From contig JAJDWI010000010.1 of assembly GCA_022825665.1 (NCBI GenBank), positions 2,912 through 66,911 on the forward strand: a stretch of DNA of 64,000 bases, in the 5' to 3' direction. The DNA is from Candidatus Poribacteria bacterium. Its GTDB lineage: Bacteria > Poribacteria > WGA-4E > WGA-3G. Within the stretch, counting starts at the first letter, position 1, and the number at the start of each line of letters is the position of its first letter. Under the pieces are notes generated by a model. That model had not been told where the DNA came from and did not search any database. It was given only the letters and a program-made list of their open reading frames with translations. Shown here piece by piece: positions 8,580 through 17,943 of this stretch. The position numbers and the translations under genes are program-made.

Positions 8580-9836
8580 GTGAACACAAAATATAGAAAA
8601 ATATGTGAAATAAATCTTATCCTCATGATGTGTGGATTGACACTACTTATTTTCATAGGTTGTGAACGTGAATTAGATCCAGAAATCATCAAAAGTGAAC
8701 CTGGAACTTTTGACCCAAATGTCGTCTCTGCTAATACCAAATTCGGCTTTAATCTATTCAATGAAATCCGAAAAATTGACCAAGATAAGAATATCTTTGT
8801 TTCTCCGTTTAGTGTTTCCGTTGCGTTGGCAATGACGTTAAACGGTGCAGCAGGTGATACAGAGCAAGCGATGGTCAATACTTTGCAGCTACAAGGGTTA
8901 GGCAACGAGTTAATCAATTCCGGTTATTCATACTTGAATCAGACACTTCAGACAGCAGATCCGAAGGTGACACTCACGATAGCAAACTCACTCTGGGGAA
9001 AACAAGGGATACCATTTAATCAGGATTTCTTGGATAGAAACGCACAATATTTCAACGCAGAGATTACAACACTGGATTTTAGCGATCCGAGTGCATCACA
9101 AACGATTAATATGTGGGTTGATAACAGTACCAATGGCAGAATACAGAAAATCGTAGACGATAACATTGACCCTCAAATGGTGTTATTTCTAATCAATGCA
9201 ATCTATTTCAAGGGATCTTGGCAAACAAAATTTGATTCCGAAAACACGCGTGATGCGGCGTTCCATCTTGAATCAGGAAGCACTAAGCAAGTGCCGATGA
9301 TGAATAGGACAGATGAATATATGCACTACGTAAACCTTGAGGATAATTTTCAGGCAATTAGCCTTCCTTATGGTGATGGACAGATGAGTATGTATATCTT
9401 CCTACCCTCGCGTGAATCCGATCTTAATACATTTTTGGATAGTTTGAATGCAGAAAATTGGGAAAATTGGATTTCACAGTTCCAAGAACGTAAAATATGG
9501 GTGCAAATTCCGAAATTTTCATTAGAATATGAAACAAGTCTTATTGATACGTTAACATCACTTGGTATGTCGGTAGCATTTGATGAAGGAAAGGCAGATT
9601 TTAGCCGTATGGCATCATTTGAGAACTTGGATAGAAATTTGTATATTGCAAAGGTGAAACATAAAACTTTCATAGAAGTTAACGAAGAGGGTTCGGAAGC
9701 TGCCGCAGTGACCGGTATCGGTATTGCTGTTACATCACTTCCACCACAGTTTATTGCAGATAGACCATTTTTCTTTGCAATTCGCGATAACAAAACTAAG
9801 ACGGTGCTATTTATGGGTACTGTGGTAGATCCATAG
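8580..9836 (+). CDS. Serpin paralogue (lipoprotein-type signal) with a different, one-residue-shorter reactive-centre loop
   Basis: The body is highly similar to the upstream serpin. It has lipobox-like FIGC and the hinge EEGSEAAAVT, and its RCL is GIGIAVTSLPPQF compared with SVGIGIRSILRTVF in serpin 1. Confidence 0.9.
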   Translation: MNTKYRKICEINLILMMCGLTLLIFIGCERELDPEIIKSEPGTFDPNVVSANTKFGFNLFNEIRKIDQDKNIFVSPFSVSVALAMTLNGAAGDTEQAMVNTLQLQGLGNELINSGYSYLNQTLQTADPKVTLTIANSLWGKQGIPFNQDFLDRNAQYFNAEITTLDFSDPSASQTINMWVDNSTNGRIQKIVDDNIDPQMVLFLINAIYFKGSWQTKFDSENTRDAAFHLESGSTKQVPMMNRTDEYMHYVNLEDNFQAISLPYGDGQMSMYIFLPSRESDLNTFLDSLNAENWENWISQFQERKIWVQIPKFSLEYETSLIDTLTSLGMSVAFDEGKADFSRMASFENLDRNLYIAKVKHKTFIEVNEEGSEAAAVTGIGIAVTSLPPQFIADRPFFFAIRDNKTKTVLFMGTVVDP

Positions 9837-9848
9837 GCGTAAGCATGT

Positions 9849-10769
9849 ATGACGTTTCAAATGAAATACGTTGTTTTTGTTTTATTATTACTTCCGTCAT
9901 TCTCCGTAGGTGCTTCATGGGAAACATCAGAAAGCACGCATTTTCGCTTATACTACAGAGAAAACACAGCAGATCCCGCGTCTATACTCGAAATAGCGGA
10001 AGATTTCTATGCTGAGATGCCTCGGATAACACGTCATATTCCAGATGAAACGATTAAAATATATATTTGTGATACCCAAAGAGCGTTTCAAGCCTTTGTT
10101 CATGCACCAATACAGGATTGGGCGGTTGGATGTGCGTTTCCGTTGAGTCGGCGTATTGTCATCCAAAATCCGAAACAGATAACAGTGGCGAAACTCCAAT
10201 TAGCGCAAGTTCTTCGACACGAAATTGCCCATGTTCTTTTTGGACAATATACTAAGAAAGCGGTTAAAGGAATGCCGTTATGGTTTGTGGAAGGTATTGC
10301 AATTCACTTCTCAAAGGAATGGGTGCCCGGTCGGCACGAAACCTTACTGAAAAATGTCTTCACAAAATCTATTTTACCGCTTAATGAGTTAACAAATAAA
10401 TTTCCAGTTTCACAGAATGGTGCGGATTTGGCTTATGCACAAAGTCAAGATGCCCTACGTTGGTTCGTTGAAGTTAATGGTACAGAACCATTATGGGCAG
10501 TTATTGACCTACTACATACAGGATCGAATCTCAACACTGCATTTAAATCAGTTCTCGGCTATGATCTTACAATCTTTGATATGCAATGGCGAGAATCACT
10601 ACCAAAACGTTATCATTGGGCATCTCTGCTATCCAGTTCATACATTTTTTGGGGTGGTTTGGCAGTGTTATTTTTGTTTTTCTATTTTATCAGTTGGAAT
10701 CGTAGACGAATGCGACTCAATAAACTTGCACAACAGGAAGAAGTCGTAGATGCCTTCTTCAGAAAGTAA
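9849..10769 (+). CDS. Peptidase MA-like zinc metalloprotease (HEXXH) with a C-terminal membrane anchor
   Basis: It has a signal peptide, LRHEIAHVLF (HEXXH) followed by WFVEGIAIHF, and a C-terminal TM helix with a basic tail. It starts 12 nt after serpin 2. Confidence 0.65.
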   Translation: MTFQMKYVVFVLLLLPSFSVGASWETSESTHFRLYYRENTADPASILEIAEDFYAEMPRITRHIPDETIKIYICDTQRAFQAFVHAPIQDWAVGCAFPLSRRIVIQNPKQITVAKLQLAQVLRHEIAHVLFGQYTKKAVKGMPLWFVEGIAIHFSKEWVPGRHETLLKNVFTKSILPLNELTNKFPVSQNGADLAYAQSQDALRWFVEVNGTEPLWAVIDLLHTGSNLNTAFKSVLGYDLTIFDMQWRESLPKRYHWASLLSSSYIFWGGLAVLFLFFYFISWNRRRMRLNKLAQQEEVVDAFFRK

Positions 10770-10775
10770 ATACCT

Positions 10776-11753
10776 ATGAATACTTACCTTTTTCCCCTCA
10801 CCCTTTTGCTCGTATGTTTCACAATGGTTGCAAATACACAACCGAAAAACCTATCACAATATCCTAATGAGTACACACGAGATGGACACGTAGTCGTCCT
10901 GCCTGACCACGGCACTGTCTATATTATTGCTGACCTACATGCACACTGGAACGATTTTAATCAGTGGCTTGGACAAACACGACTGATTGAACGTATAGAA
11001 GCAGGTGAAGATGTTTATGGAATTATGCTTGGGGATGTGATTGATTATAAACCTGATGAAAAGCCTGAACCACCTTATGGCGACATACAAATTGTTAACC
11101 GTGTGATTGAAATACAGCAACAACTTGGGGATAATGGGAAGAGACTTATCTATATTAGAGGAAACCACGAATTCGCGGCAGCAGACACTTACGCTGTGAT
11201 GAAAAGAAGCGGAATGTCCGATGATAATAGAAAGATTTTCATTGATAGATTATACAACAGCATAAACGGTAGTTACTATAAACAATTTAATTTCATTGAG
11301 CGAATGAATGATACACATTTTGATTTCATTATGAACCTTCCAACGGTCGTTATCGGTAAAAAGGGATTTGTGGCAGTTCATGCAGGTCCAGCGCGTAATA
11401 TTAATAGCATATCAGACCTTGTTACACCCGCTAAAGATACACTGGATGAGATGCTATGGGACCGATCAAAAATAGTCATGTTTGGCGGATATACATTGAA
11501 ACATACCGAGAACTTTCTCAACGCTCTCAATGCAAGATTTTTAGTTGTTGGACATACCCCCGTGGGACTTTTCCCACCAAGAAATGTTAAAGATGGTGTA
11601 GTCAGACTCGGAGGAAAACAGCTCATCTTTTCCACAGGTTACAGCGGAACCAAAGGTGGACAAACCTATATAGAAATTGATTTAGCCAAAAACTATTCCT
11701 CTGTTGATGAATTACAATTCGGTGTTAACATTCATCTTCTCTACCCGAAATAA
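10776..11753 (+). CDS. Secreted calcineurin-like metallophosphoesterase (PPP-type)
   Basis: It has a signal peptide and the motifs IIADLHAH, GDVIDY, RGNHEF and VGHTP. Confidence 0.75.
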   Translation: MNTYLFPLTLLLVCFTMVANTQPKNLSQYPNEYTRDGHVVVLPDHGTVYIIADLHAHWNDFNQWLGQTRLIERIEAGEDVYGIMLGDVIDYKPDEKPEPPYGDIQIVNRVIEIQQQLGDNGKRLIYIRGNHEFAAADTYAVMKRSGMSDDNRKIFIDRLYNSINGSYYKQFNFIERMNDTHFDFIMNLPTVVIGKKGFVAVHAGPARNINSISDLVTPAKDTLDEMLWDRSKIVMFGGYTLKHTENFLNALNARFLVVGHTPVGLFPPRNVKDGVVRLGGKQLIFSTGYSGTKGGQTYIEIDLAKNYSSVDELQFGVNIHLLYPK

Positions 11754-11770
11754 TAGTAGAGTGTCGTTGT

Positions 11771-12673
11771 ATGCGTGCGTTAATCTACATAATGACCCCT
11801 ATTCTGATTCTGACGATTATTCTTGCATCGCGCTTCGTATCATGGGAAAGACTAAAAGGGTTTGACAGTGATGCAGATAAACACCTAACTGACGGAACAC
11901 AATTGCTTGGAAAAGGGAAATTTTACCGATCCATATCCGAACTTACCCGTGCAATTGAGATTGAGCCAAAATATGCAGAAGCATACATCAATCGTGGACG
12001 TGCATACTACTATCTGGCACGATACAAAGATGCAATAGCAGATTATACACAGACCATATCACTCAATCAGTATATAGCCGATGCTTATGCCAGTCGTGGG
12101 GACGTTTATCGCGTCTTAAATGATATTCCACAGGCTATTGACGATTACACCGAATCACTCAAAGCAAGAAAAAATGCTCTTGTCCTGTCAAAACGCGCAA
12201 AATGTTATCTGCTGTCAGGAAAACCTGATGAGGCAATTCGCGATTATACTGACATTGTTAAGCATCGTCCTACCGCAATTGCCTACAACAACCGTGGCAT
12301 AGCATACCATAAAAAGTATCTATTATCAGATAAGAACGATAAATCGCAAAAGCACGCCTTAGCGGATTTTGACAAAGCCATTGAAATGCAACCACACTTC
12401 GCAATTGCGTATCTGAATCGTAGCGATATTCATGGAGATTTGGGGCAACAAAATTTGAAAGATGCCGATTTAACCAAGTCTATTGAACTGCTAACAGAGG
12501 CAATTGATAACTGGGAAAATGAACAGTATGAATTAATCCCTATTTATCTATGGCGTGCCGTAGCATTAAAGAAAAACAACCAGATTGACAAAGCACGACA
12601 CGATGTTAAGAGGATTTACGTGCTCATCAGCCAATTTTTCTTGAATAATATAAAGAATTTTGATATACTATAA
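11771..12673 (+). CDS. Membrane-anchored TPR-repeat protein
   Basis: It has an N-terminal TM helix and repeated 34-aa TPR signatures (AEAYINRGRAYYYLARYKDAIADY, ADAYASRGDVY, AIAYNNRGIAY, AIAYLNRSDIH). Confidence 0.8.
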   Translation: MRALIYIMTPILILTIILASRFVSWERLKGFDSDADKHLTDGTQLLGKGKFYRSISELTRAIEIEPKYAEAYINRGRAYYYLARYKDAIADYTQTISLNQYIADAYASRGDVYRVLNDIPQAIDDYTESLKARKNALVLSKRAKCYLLSGKPDEAIRDYTDIVKHRPTAIAYNNRGIAYHKKYLLSDKNDKSQKHALADFDKAIEMQPHFAIAYLNRSDIHGDLGQQNLKDADLTKSIELLTEAIDNWENEQYELIPIYLWRAVALKKNNQIDKARHDVKRIYVLISQFFLNNIKNFDIL

Positions 12674-12786
12674 GACAGATTACAAATTCGATAGGGTTAT
12701 TTAGTTTAGGACTTACGTATTTTCCATGATTTATCCAATAATTATGAACAAAATGGTTCAATTTTCAGTTGAATAGTGAGTATTTT

Positions 12787-12810
12787 GCGCGCTTACAAAG
12801 CGCGCCTACC
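12787..12810. repeat. gcgcgcttacaaagcgcgc + CTAC hairpin module
   Basis: The same module occurs at 25868-25890 and 31225-31247. Here it sits inside a longer imperfect palindrome (taggacttacg...gcataagtccta, about 12707-12830). Confidence 0.8.
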
Positions 12811-12938
12811 GTTCATGCATAAGTCCTATAGTTTTAAGATTTCTAAGTAGATGGGTGTTACTTAAGCGTTTATATGGATTGTGAAAACTATATAACTCGG
12901 TAAATTCCACAACACACAATTAGGAGAAACAGGTATCA

Positions 12939-13211
12939 ATGACTGGAGAAGCATTAGGATTGGTTGAGACAAGAGGATTGGTTGGCAGTATTGAGGCAGC
13001 TGATGCAATGGTAAAGGCTGCGAATGTTCGACTCGTCGGGTACCAACAGATTGGTGGTGGATATGTCACTGTGATGGTGCGTGGAGATGTAGGTGCTGTA
13101 AAAGCTGCTACAGATGTTGGCGCAGAAGCTGCTGCACGTGTAGGCGAAGTTGTTTCAGTCCATGTGATCCCAAGACCACACAACGATGTTGAAACTATTC
13201 TACCAAGTTAA
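12939..13211 (+). CDS. Bacterial microcompartment shell protein, BMC-H (PduA/EutM/CcmK-type hexamer)
   Basis: [27 protein letters not shown]...[20 protein letters not shown] is a canonical single BMC domain. AGGAG lies upstream of the ATG. Confidence 0.9.
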   Translation: MTGEALGLVETRGLVGSIEAADAMVKAANVRLVGYQQIGGGYVTVMVRGDVGAVKAATDVGAEAAARVGEVVSVHVIPRPHNDVETILPS

Positions 13212-13267
13212 CCTTAATTTCAGGAACAATCCTTAGGAATGTTTGAATACATAGAAACATAGTTAAG

Positions 13268-13975
13268 ATGCATGACCAAGACTTAGTCAAACTAATTACC
13301 CGCAGAGTAGTGGATCAATTGTCTAATGACCAATCTTGCAGCGGGTGTGCTTTGCGAACTTGTGATGCGGGTAATCGTGCATGTGATGTCGCATTAGCGA
13401 ATCAGAAAATACCGGTCGGTGTTTCTGCCAGACATGCACACGTGACACAGGAAGACCTTGAAATCCTTTACGGTGCTGGACATCAACTTACCGTCTATGC
13501 GCCACTATATCAACCCGAAGCTTTTGCTGCAAATGAAACAGTTACTGTCGTTGGTAAACGGATGCGTGCAATTGAACATGTTCGTATTCTTGGTCCGGTA
13601 CGAGATTATTCACAAGTAGAGGTCGCAAAGACAGAGGCAATCCGCCTCGGTATAGACCCACCTATAAGGGATTCAGGCGATCTTGATGGGGCTGAAGCGA
13701 TAACACTCGTAGGTCCTGCTGGAAGTGTTTATTTAGAAGAAGGTGCAATCTGTGCAGCGAGACATATTCACATGAAACCTGAGCAGGCTGTAGCGTTTGG
13801 TATCACAGAATCAGATGAATTAAAAATTCGTATACCGGGTGAACGTGCATTAACATTTGAAAATATCCGTCCGAAAATTCATGAATCTTATGTGCTTCAG
13901 ATGCATCTGGACACTGATGATTCAAACGCCGCTGGTTTGAAAGGTGGCGAAGCTGTTGAACTACTACGCGACTAA
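13268..13975 (+). CDS. pduL: Phosphate acyltransferase PduL with an N-terminal encapsulation-peptide-like helix
   Basis: It carries two PduL repeats (PVGVSARHAHVTQEDL and ICAARHIHMKPEQA). An extra ~35-aa N-terminus contains the amphipathic DLVKLITRRVVDQLS. Confidence 0.85.
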   Translation: MHDQDLVKLITRRVVDQLSNDQSCSGCALRTCDAGNRACDVALANQKIPVGVSARHAHVTQEDLEILYGAGHQLTVYAPLYQPEAFAANETVTVVGKRMRAIEHVRILGPVRDYSQVEVAKTEAIRLGIDPPIRDSGDLDGAEAITLVGPAGSVYLEEGAICAARHIHMKPEQAVAFGITESDELKIRIPGERALTFENIRPKIHESYVLQMHLDTDDSNAAGLKGGEAVELLRD

Positions 13976-13977
13976 AC

Positions 13978-14718
13978 ATGACACCAGAACAGATCGAACA
14001 AATTGAAAAAATAGTTGAGCGAGTGCTTCAAGAACATAACAATAGCACCCAAGAATCCGAAAAACATCTACTGTCAATACTTGGCGCAACACAACTCCCA
14101 TTAGAACAGATACTTCAACAATTCCAAACATGTATGCAGGAAGGATGGAATATTCGAATTATTTTATCCGAACTTGCAACTAAAGTATTAAATCTTGAGT
14201 CTATTAATTCGACTTTTGGTAAAGAAAACATATTGCTGGAAAACGAGTTAACTGATATTCCATCTATTGTTGAAAGTTATTCGCAGATTGTACTACCCGC
14301 ACTTTCCTATCCAATGGCTGGAAAATTGGCTTTGAAGTTAGTTGATACGCCTTGTACCTATTTGGTCTACCAAGCACTGTGTTGCGGAAAACGGGTTATA
14401 GCAGCATCAGATCTTACGAATACAAAAAAGTATGTAGATAAAAAATCACAGACTCTTGACCAAATTGAACTGGAGCATGTAAACACGTTAACCGAATTTG
14501 GCGTTCAATGGATAACAGTTGATCAGATTGCGGAAACAGTTCGTGAAGGTGGTTTGCCAAATCGAGCAAATATATCAACACCTGTCATCAGTGCATCTAC
14601 TATCTCGAATCTGACATCTGATGTCCAAGAGTTGGTTTATACAGAACCTACTATCATTACACCTCTGGCGCGCGAGCAAGCGCAAAAACGGGGTATCAAA
14701 CTCACACCAAAGTCGTAA
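13978..14718 (+). CDS. Hypothetical BMC-associated protein with an encapsulation-peptide-like N-terminus
   Basis: It starts 2 nt after the pduL stop. The N-terminal PEQIEQIEKIVERVLQEH is an amphipathic helix followed by a polar linker. I recognise no domain in the rest, apart from a weak Rossmann/flavoprotein-like pattern. Confidence 0.4.
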   Translation: MTPEQIEQIEKIVERVLQEHNNSTQESEKHLLSILGATQLPLEQILQQFQTCMQEGWNIRIILSELATKVLNLESINSTFGKENILLENELTDIPSIVESYSQIVLPALSYPMAGKLALKLVDTPCTYLVYQALCCGKRVIAASDLTNTKKYVDKKSQTLDQIELEHVNTLTEFGVQWITVDQIAETVREGGLPNRANISTPVISASTISNLTSDVQELVYTEPTIITPLAREQAQKRGIKLTPKS

Positions 14719-14875
14719 TATAATATGTGGTAAATTAGAAAAATAAATATACACTTTTCCAACGGTAGGTAAGGTTTTCTAACCTCGCAGATGCAAAGTG
14801 TCCAATTTGATTCTAATATTTACCATAGTCGGATTTCAAAGAGAAACTTCTGTAATCTGACGCGTATTATGACCC

Positions 14876-14904
14876 TTGACAATTTTGTGAAGAAATAGTA
14901 TAAT
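14876..14904 (+). promoter_or_regulatory. Consensus sigma70-type promoter (TTGACA-17-TATAAT)
   Basis: Both hexamers are exact and the spacer is 17 nt. It lies about 190 nt upstream of the 15095 CDS. Confidence 0.55.
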
Positions 14905-15094
14905 TTTAGCAATTATGATAGAAAAGCGATATTAAGATGGAAACCTTATTTATATCAGATCCACAATAACCTAAAACAAGGACGAGTAATAACAGAATTA
15001 ATTGAGATAGAACAGAAGAAATAGATATATTAATTGATCTTGTTAACCATCAATTATCCATGATGGTATAAGATGCTTACTTAGGAGAGTTCTC

Positions 15095-16672
15095 ATGATA
15101 AAACGAATTTTTACTTTAACAATCGCAGGACTCCTCGGCTGCATGCTATTAGGAACGTTAGCATCAGTGAGTTTAGCCGATTACGACTATTACACTGACA
15201 GACTGAGTCGTGAACATAGAATCGCAAGTGACGTAGATGAATGGATAGAACGCGGCAACGCAACAATCACTGCAAGCCCTATATTTGAAAACGGAATGCG
15301 TCTTACCGCATGGGCAAGTACACATCAAGAACCGGATAACTATGAATTTGCAATCGCAAGTGGTGTATACCTTTTTGAGATACCAAGCAGTGCACAATCT
15401 GTTGAAATAGTAGTACGATACAAAGGTGAACCCAACAAGTTTGAAATAAACGATCATTATGAACCTGTTGCAGGACGTGTTTGGATTCGTAACCTCAAAC
15501 GTGAAACGACACGTCGGGGGTACAACGACCAAAATGCATCGGAAACAAGGTATGGTGATACCTTTGTCCTACGGGCAAAAAACCGTTCTGAAACTATCAA
15601 GATACCGGTCGCAGGACATGTTGACCGAGGGTGGATGGAGCTTCATATTGTTGCTGAAGGTGGTGAACAACTTGATGTTGAATATATTGAAGTTTCAACA
15701 TATCGCAGAGCACCTAAAGTCCGTGTAGTTCAGCACTATACCCCAACGTATCGTTGGCGTCCATGGCATAGATATACTTATCTATACTTTTACGATGGAC
15801 CTATTTTTTACCACTCTGGATACAACTCCTACCTGTGTTGGAGTTACCCAGTCTACGATCATAATTTCCTTACAATTCGTTCTTATTATGGCGGATACTT
15901 AGGACGTTACCGTACATACTACCCATCACGATATGTGTATTACCACTCACCTTATTATTATGGTAGTTACGGTAGAGTTACACCAGTATATCGGAAACGG
16001 ACACAGTTAAATAGATGGAGTGCAAAACACGAATCGGTACGCAAGCAATATTCTCGGAGTCGGTTGGCAACACCTTCGCGAACTGCAGAACGAACACAAA
16101 CTCAGACTGATGTTCGTGCTGTAGTCGAAAACCATCGAAGGCAAGCACCGCCCTCAACAGAACGTGTTAGCAGGTCAACCATCATTTCTCAGAAACAACG
16201 AGCATCAGTGGCAAGGTTGACACCTCAACAGAATAATACTGTCCGGTCATATAGTAGTAGAACACGTTCTTCAGTCCAGACAACAGATAGACAACGGAGA
16301 CTGATCCTTAATTCACGCTCAAGTGTGAATACAAACAGGAGTAGGACTTCAGCAATAAATGATAGATCTTCCACATATCAAAGAAGATCATTATCTTCTT
16401 CAAGTCGGACGAGTACTTCCTCAAGTTCACGGACGAGTAGTACCATAGACCGAACAAAACAACGCAACTCAACTGTTACGTCATCAAGGTCTACTCCGAC
16501 GCGGACCCAATCACAAAGGGTTAGTCGTACGCCATCGTCCAGTTCACGCACTCGGTCGTCAACCTCTACTCGAACATCAACAAGTTCAAGTTCGAGTAAT
16601 GATGACGATGACGATAAGAGTACTACCCGGAGTCGGACATCAACATCCGAAAGGTCAAAACGAAGAAGATAA
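15095..16672 (+). CDS. Secreted or lipoprotein-like protein with a Tyr-rich segment and a long Ser/Arg/Thr-rich basic tail
   Basis: It has a signal peptide (LLGC), a ~190-aa N-terminal domain and a Tyr-rich stretch (YYHSPYYYGSYGR). The last ~220 aa are dominated by S, R and T, with SSSSNDDDDDK near the end. Confidence 0.5.
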   Translation: MIKRIFTLTIAGLLGCMLLGTLASVSLADYDYYTDRLSREHRIASDVDEWIERGNATITASPIFENGMRLTAWASTHQEPDNYEFAIASGVYLFEIPSSAQSVEIVVRYKGEPNKFEINDHYEPVAGRVWIRNLKRETTRRGYNDQNASETRYGDTFVLRAKNRSETIKIPVAGHVDRGWMELHIVAEGGEQLDVEYIEVSTYRRAPKVRVVQHYTPTYRWRPWHRYTYLYFYDGPIFYHSGYNSYLCWSYPVYDHNFLTIRSYYGGYLGRYRTYYPSRYVYYHSPYYYGSYGRVTPVYRKRTQLNRWSAKHESVRKQYSRSRLATPSRTAERTQTQTDVRAVVENHRRQAPPSTERVSRSTIISQKQRASVARLTPQQNNTVRSYSSRTRSSVQTTDRQRRLILNSRSSVNTNRSRTSAINDRSSTYQRRSLSSSSRTSTSSSSRTSSTIDRTKQRNSTVTSSRSTPTRTQSQRVSRTPSSSSRTRSSTSTRTSTSSSSSNDDDDDKSTTRSRTSTSERSKRRR

Positions 16673-16758
16673 ACCAGCAGAAGTAATATAGTGATATTGA
16701 CATATACGATGCCTCGTGCATTTTTTGCGCGGGGCATCGTCAACAATAAGAGGAATTA

Positions 16759-17310
16759 ATGCGTTTTTTATTGACCCTTCTGATTTTGTTGTTGAGCATA
16801 CAATTTTGTTTCGCTCAAGAGGTTAACAACCTAAATGTTCCCGCTGAACCTGAAAAATCCATAAGACTTATTTCACCTATTGGTACAATGGTCCGTTCAA
16901 CTGTTTTTCCCAGTTGGGGACAATTTCATAGTCGCAACTACTTTCGTGGAGGTTTAATTCTTCTCGGAATTGGAACTTCAGCAGTTGGAGCATATTTCGC
17001 AAATCAATCTTTACAAAGTCAATATGACAACTACATACTTACCGCAAGTTATGAACCAGATAATTCTGACCTTGTATTAGCAAGTTACGACAAGGCAAAT
17101 CAGAGATATAAACTCAGAATGTTTTTTATTTATACAGGTATAGGAATCTGGGCATATAGTATTATAGATTCTTATGTAAGTGCGAACTTTTATAATGCTA
17201 ACTCACAAGTTCGTTCAATTCAAGAGGATGCACAAAATATTGAGAAATTGGGGCTCCAAGTTGGAATCAATCCATCACGACTTTATTTAGGAGTCGTCAA
17301 GACATTTTAA
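16759..17310 (+). CDS. Membrane protein, DUF5683-like
   Basis: It has a signal peptide. FPSWGQFHSRNYFRGGLILLGIGTSAVGAYF and a second TM helix resemble the DUF5683 architecture as I remember it. Confidence 0.4.
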   Translation: MRFLLTLLILLLSIQFCFAQEVNNLNVPAEPEKSIRLISPIGTMVRSTVFPSWGQFHSRNYFRGGLILLGIGTSAVGAYFANQSLQSQYDNYILTASYEPDNSDLVLASYDKANQRYKLRMFFIYTGIGIWAYSIIDSYVSANFYNANSQVRSIQEDAQNIEKLGLQVGINPSRLYLGVVKTF

Positions 17311-17328
17311 TTTGGAGGTTAGATTACT

Positions 17329-17889
17329 ATGTTAAAGGAATTAGGAAAAATAAGCAGTGTGCTCGTTTTAGTAGCATTTATTATTGGATGCGGAGATGTT
17401 GATAAAGTGAATCAAGTGCCACCCGAAGACTTTTTGGCTATTAACGGGGTTTTGAAACGGTGGCGAGAAGGTTATGAAACTGAAGACGTTGAAACCTATA
17501 TGAGTGCCTATTGGGCACAAGGGTTCCGCTACGTATCTGATATGGGAACTGATGGCGACAAAACTGATGATCTGGAGTTTGACGATATCAGAGATGAACG
17601 TGATTCTGCAACTCGCGTCTTTAGCAGGTTTCAGGATATTGAAATAGAACTTTCTGTCCCCCCCGAAATATCTATCAATGAAGACGGGGATCAAGCCGAA
17701 GTTAGAAATCATTACCGAATCCAAGGATTTGTAGCAGATGGCGAATCGCTTGAAGGTGGATACACAGGCTGGTTCGCAGAAGGTGATAATCTGTTTATCT
17801 TTGAGAAAAGAGATGGCGAATGGCGTATTACCGAATGGTATGACGAAGCCTTCAACGATGAAGAAATTCGCATTGCTAACAATTTATAA
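17329..17889 (+). CDS. Lipoprotein with an NTF2-like (SnoaL/DUF4440-type) domain
   Basis: It has the lipobox IIGC. The pattern WREGYETEDVETYMSAYW...EKRDGEWRITEW is typical of NTF2-like folds. Confidence 0.5.
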   Translation: MLKELGKISSVLVLVAFIIGCGDVDKVNQVPPEDFLAINGVLKRWREGYETEDVETYMSAYWAQGFRYVSDMGTDGDKTDDLEFDDIRDERDSATRVFSRFQDIEIELSVPPEISINEDGDQAEVRNHYRIQGFVADGESLEGGYTGWFAEGDNLFIFEKRDGEWRITEWYDEAFNDEEIRIANNL

Positions 17890-17943
17890 AGTTATACAGT
17901 CTTAAGGAAGGAGGACAATTTTCTCTCGATTCTTCGACGAAAA

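Noticed and set aside
7248-8917. Two minus-strand ORFs (7248-7613 and 8510-8917) encode mutually similar peptides (..PCSCNVSIIASSVSPAAPFKVIARAVETLNGE.. and ..PCSCKVLTIACSVSPAAPFNVIANATETLNGE..), which could suggest a conserved antisense gene pair.
   Set aside because: Each is the antisense translation of the conserved N-terminal region of one of the two paralogous serpins. The similarity follows automatically from the serpin duplication. Neither has an RBS or a known domain.
12920-13183. An 87-aa minus-strand ORF lies opposite the BMC-H gene.
   Set aside because: It is the Ala/Thr/Pro-rich antisense shadow of the Ala/Gly/Val-rich BMC domain, and the plus-strand reading is a canonical shell protein.
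16378-16746. A 122-aa minus-strand ORF lies opposite the 3' end of the 15095-16672 gene.
   Set aside because: It is the antisense reading of the Ser/Arg/Thr-rich low-complexity tail, which gives Leu/Val/Asp/Glu runs. This is a typical shadow ORF.
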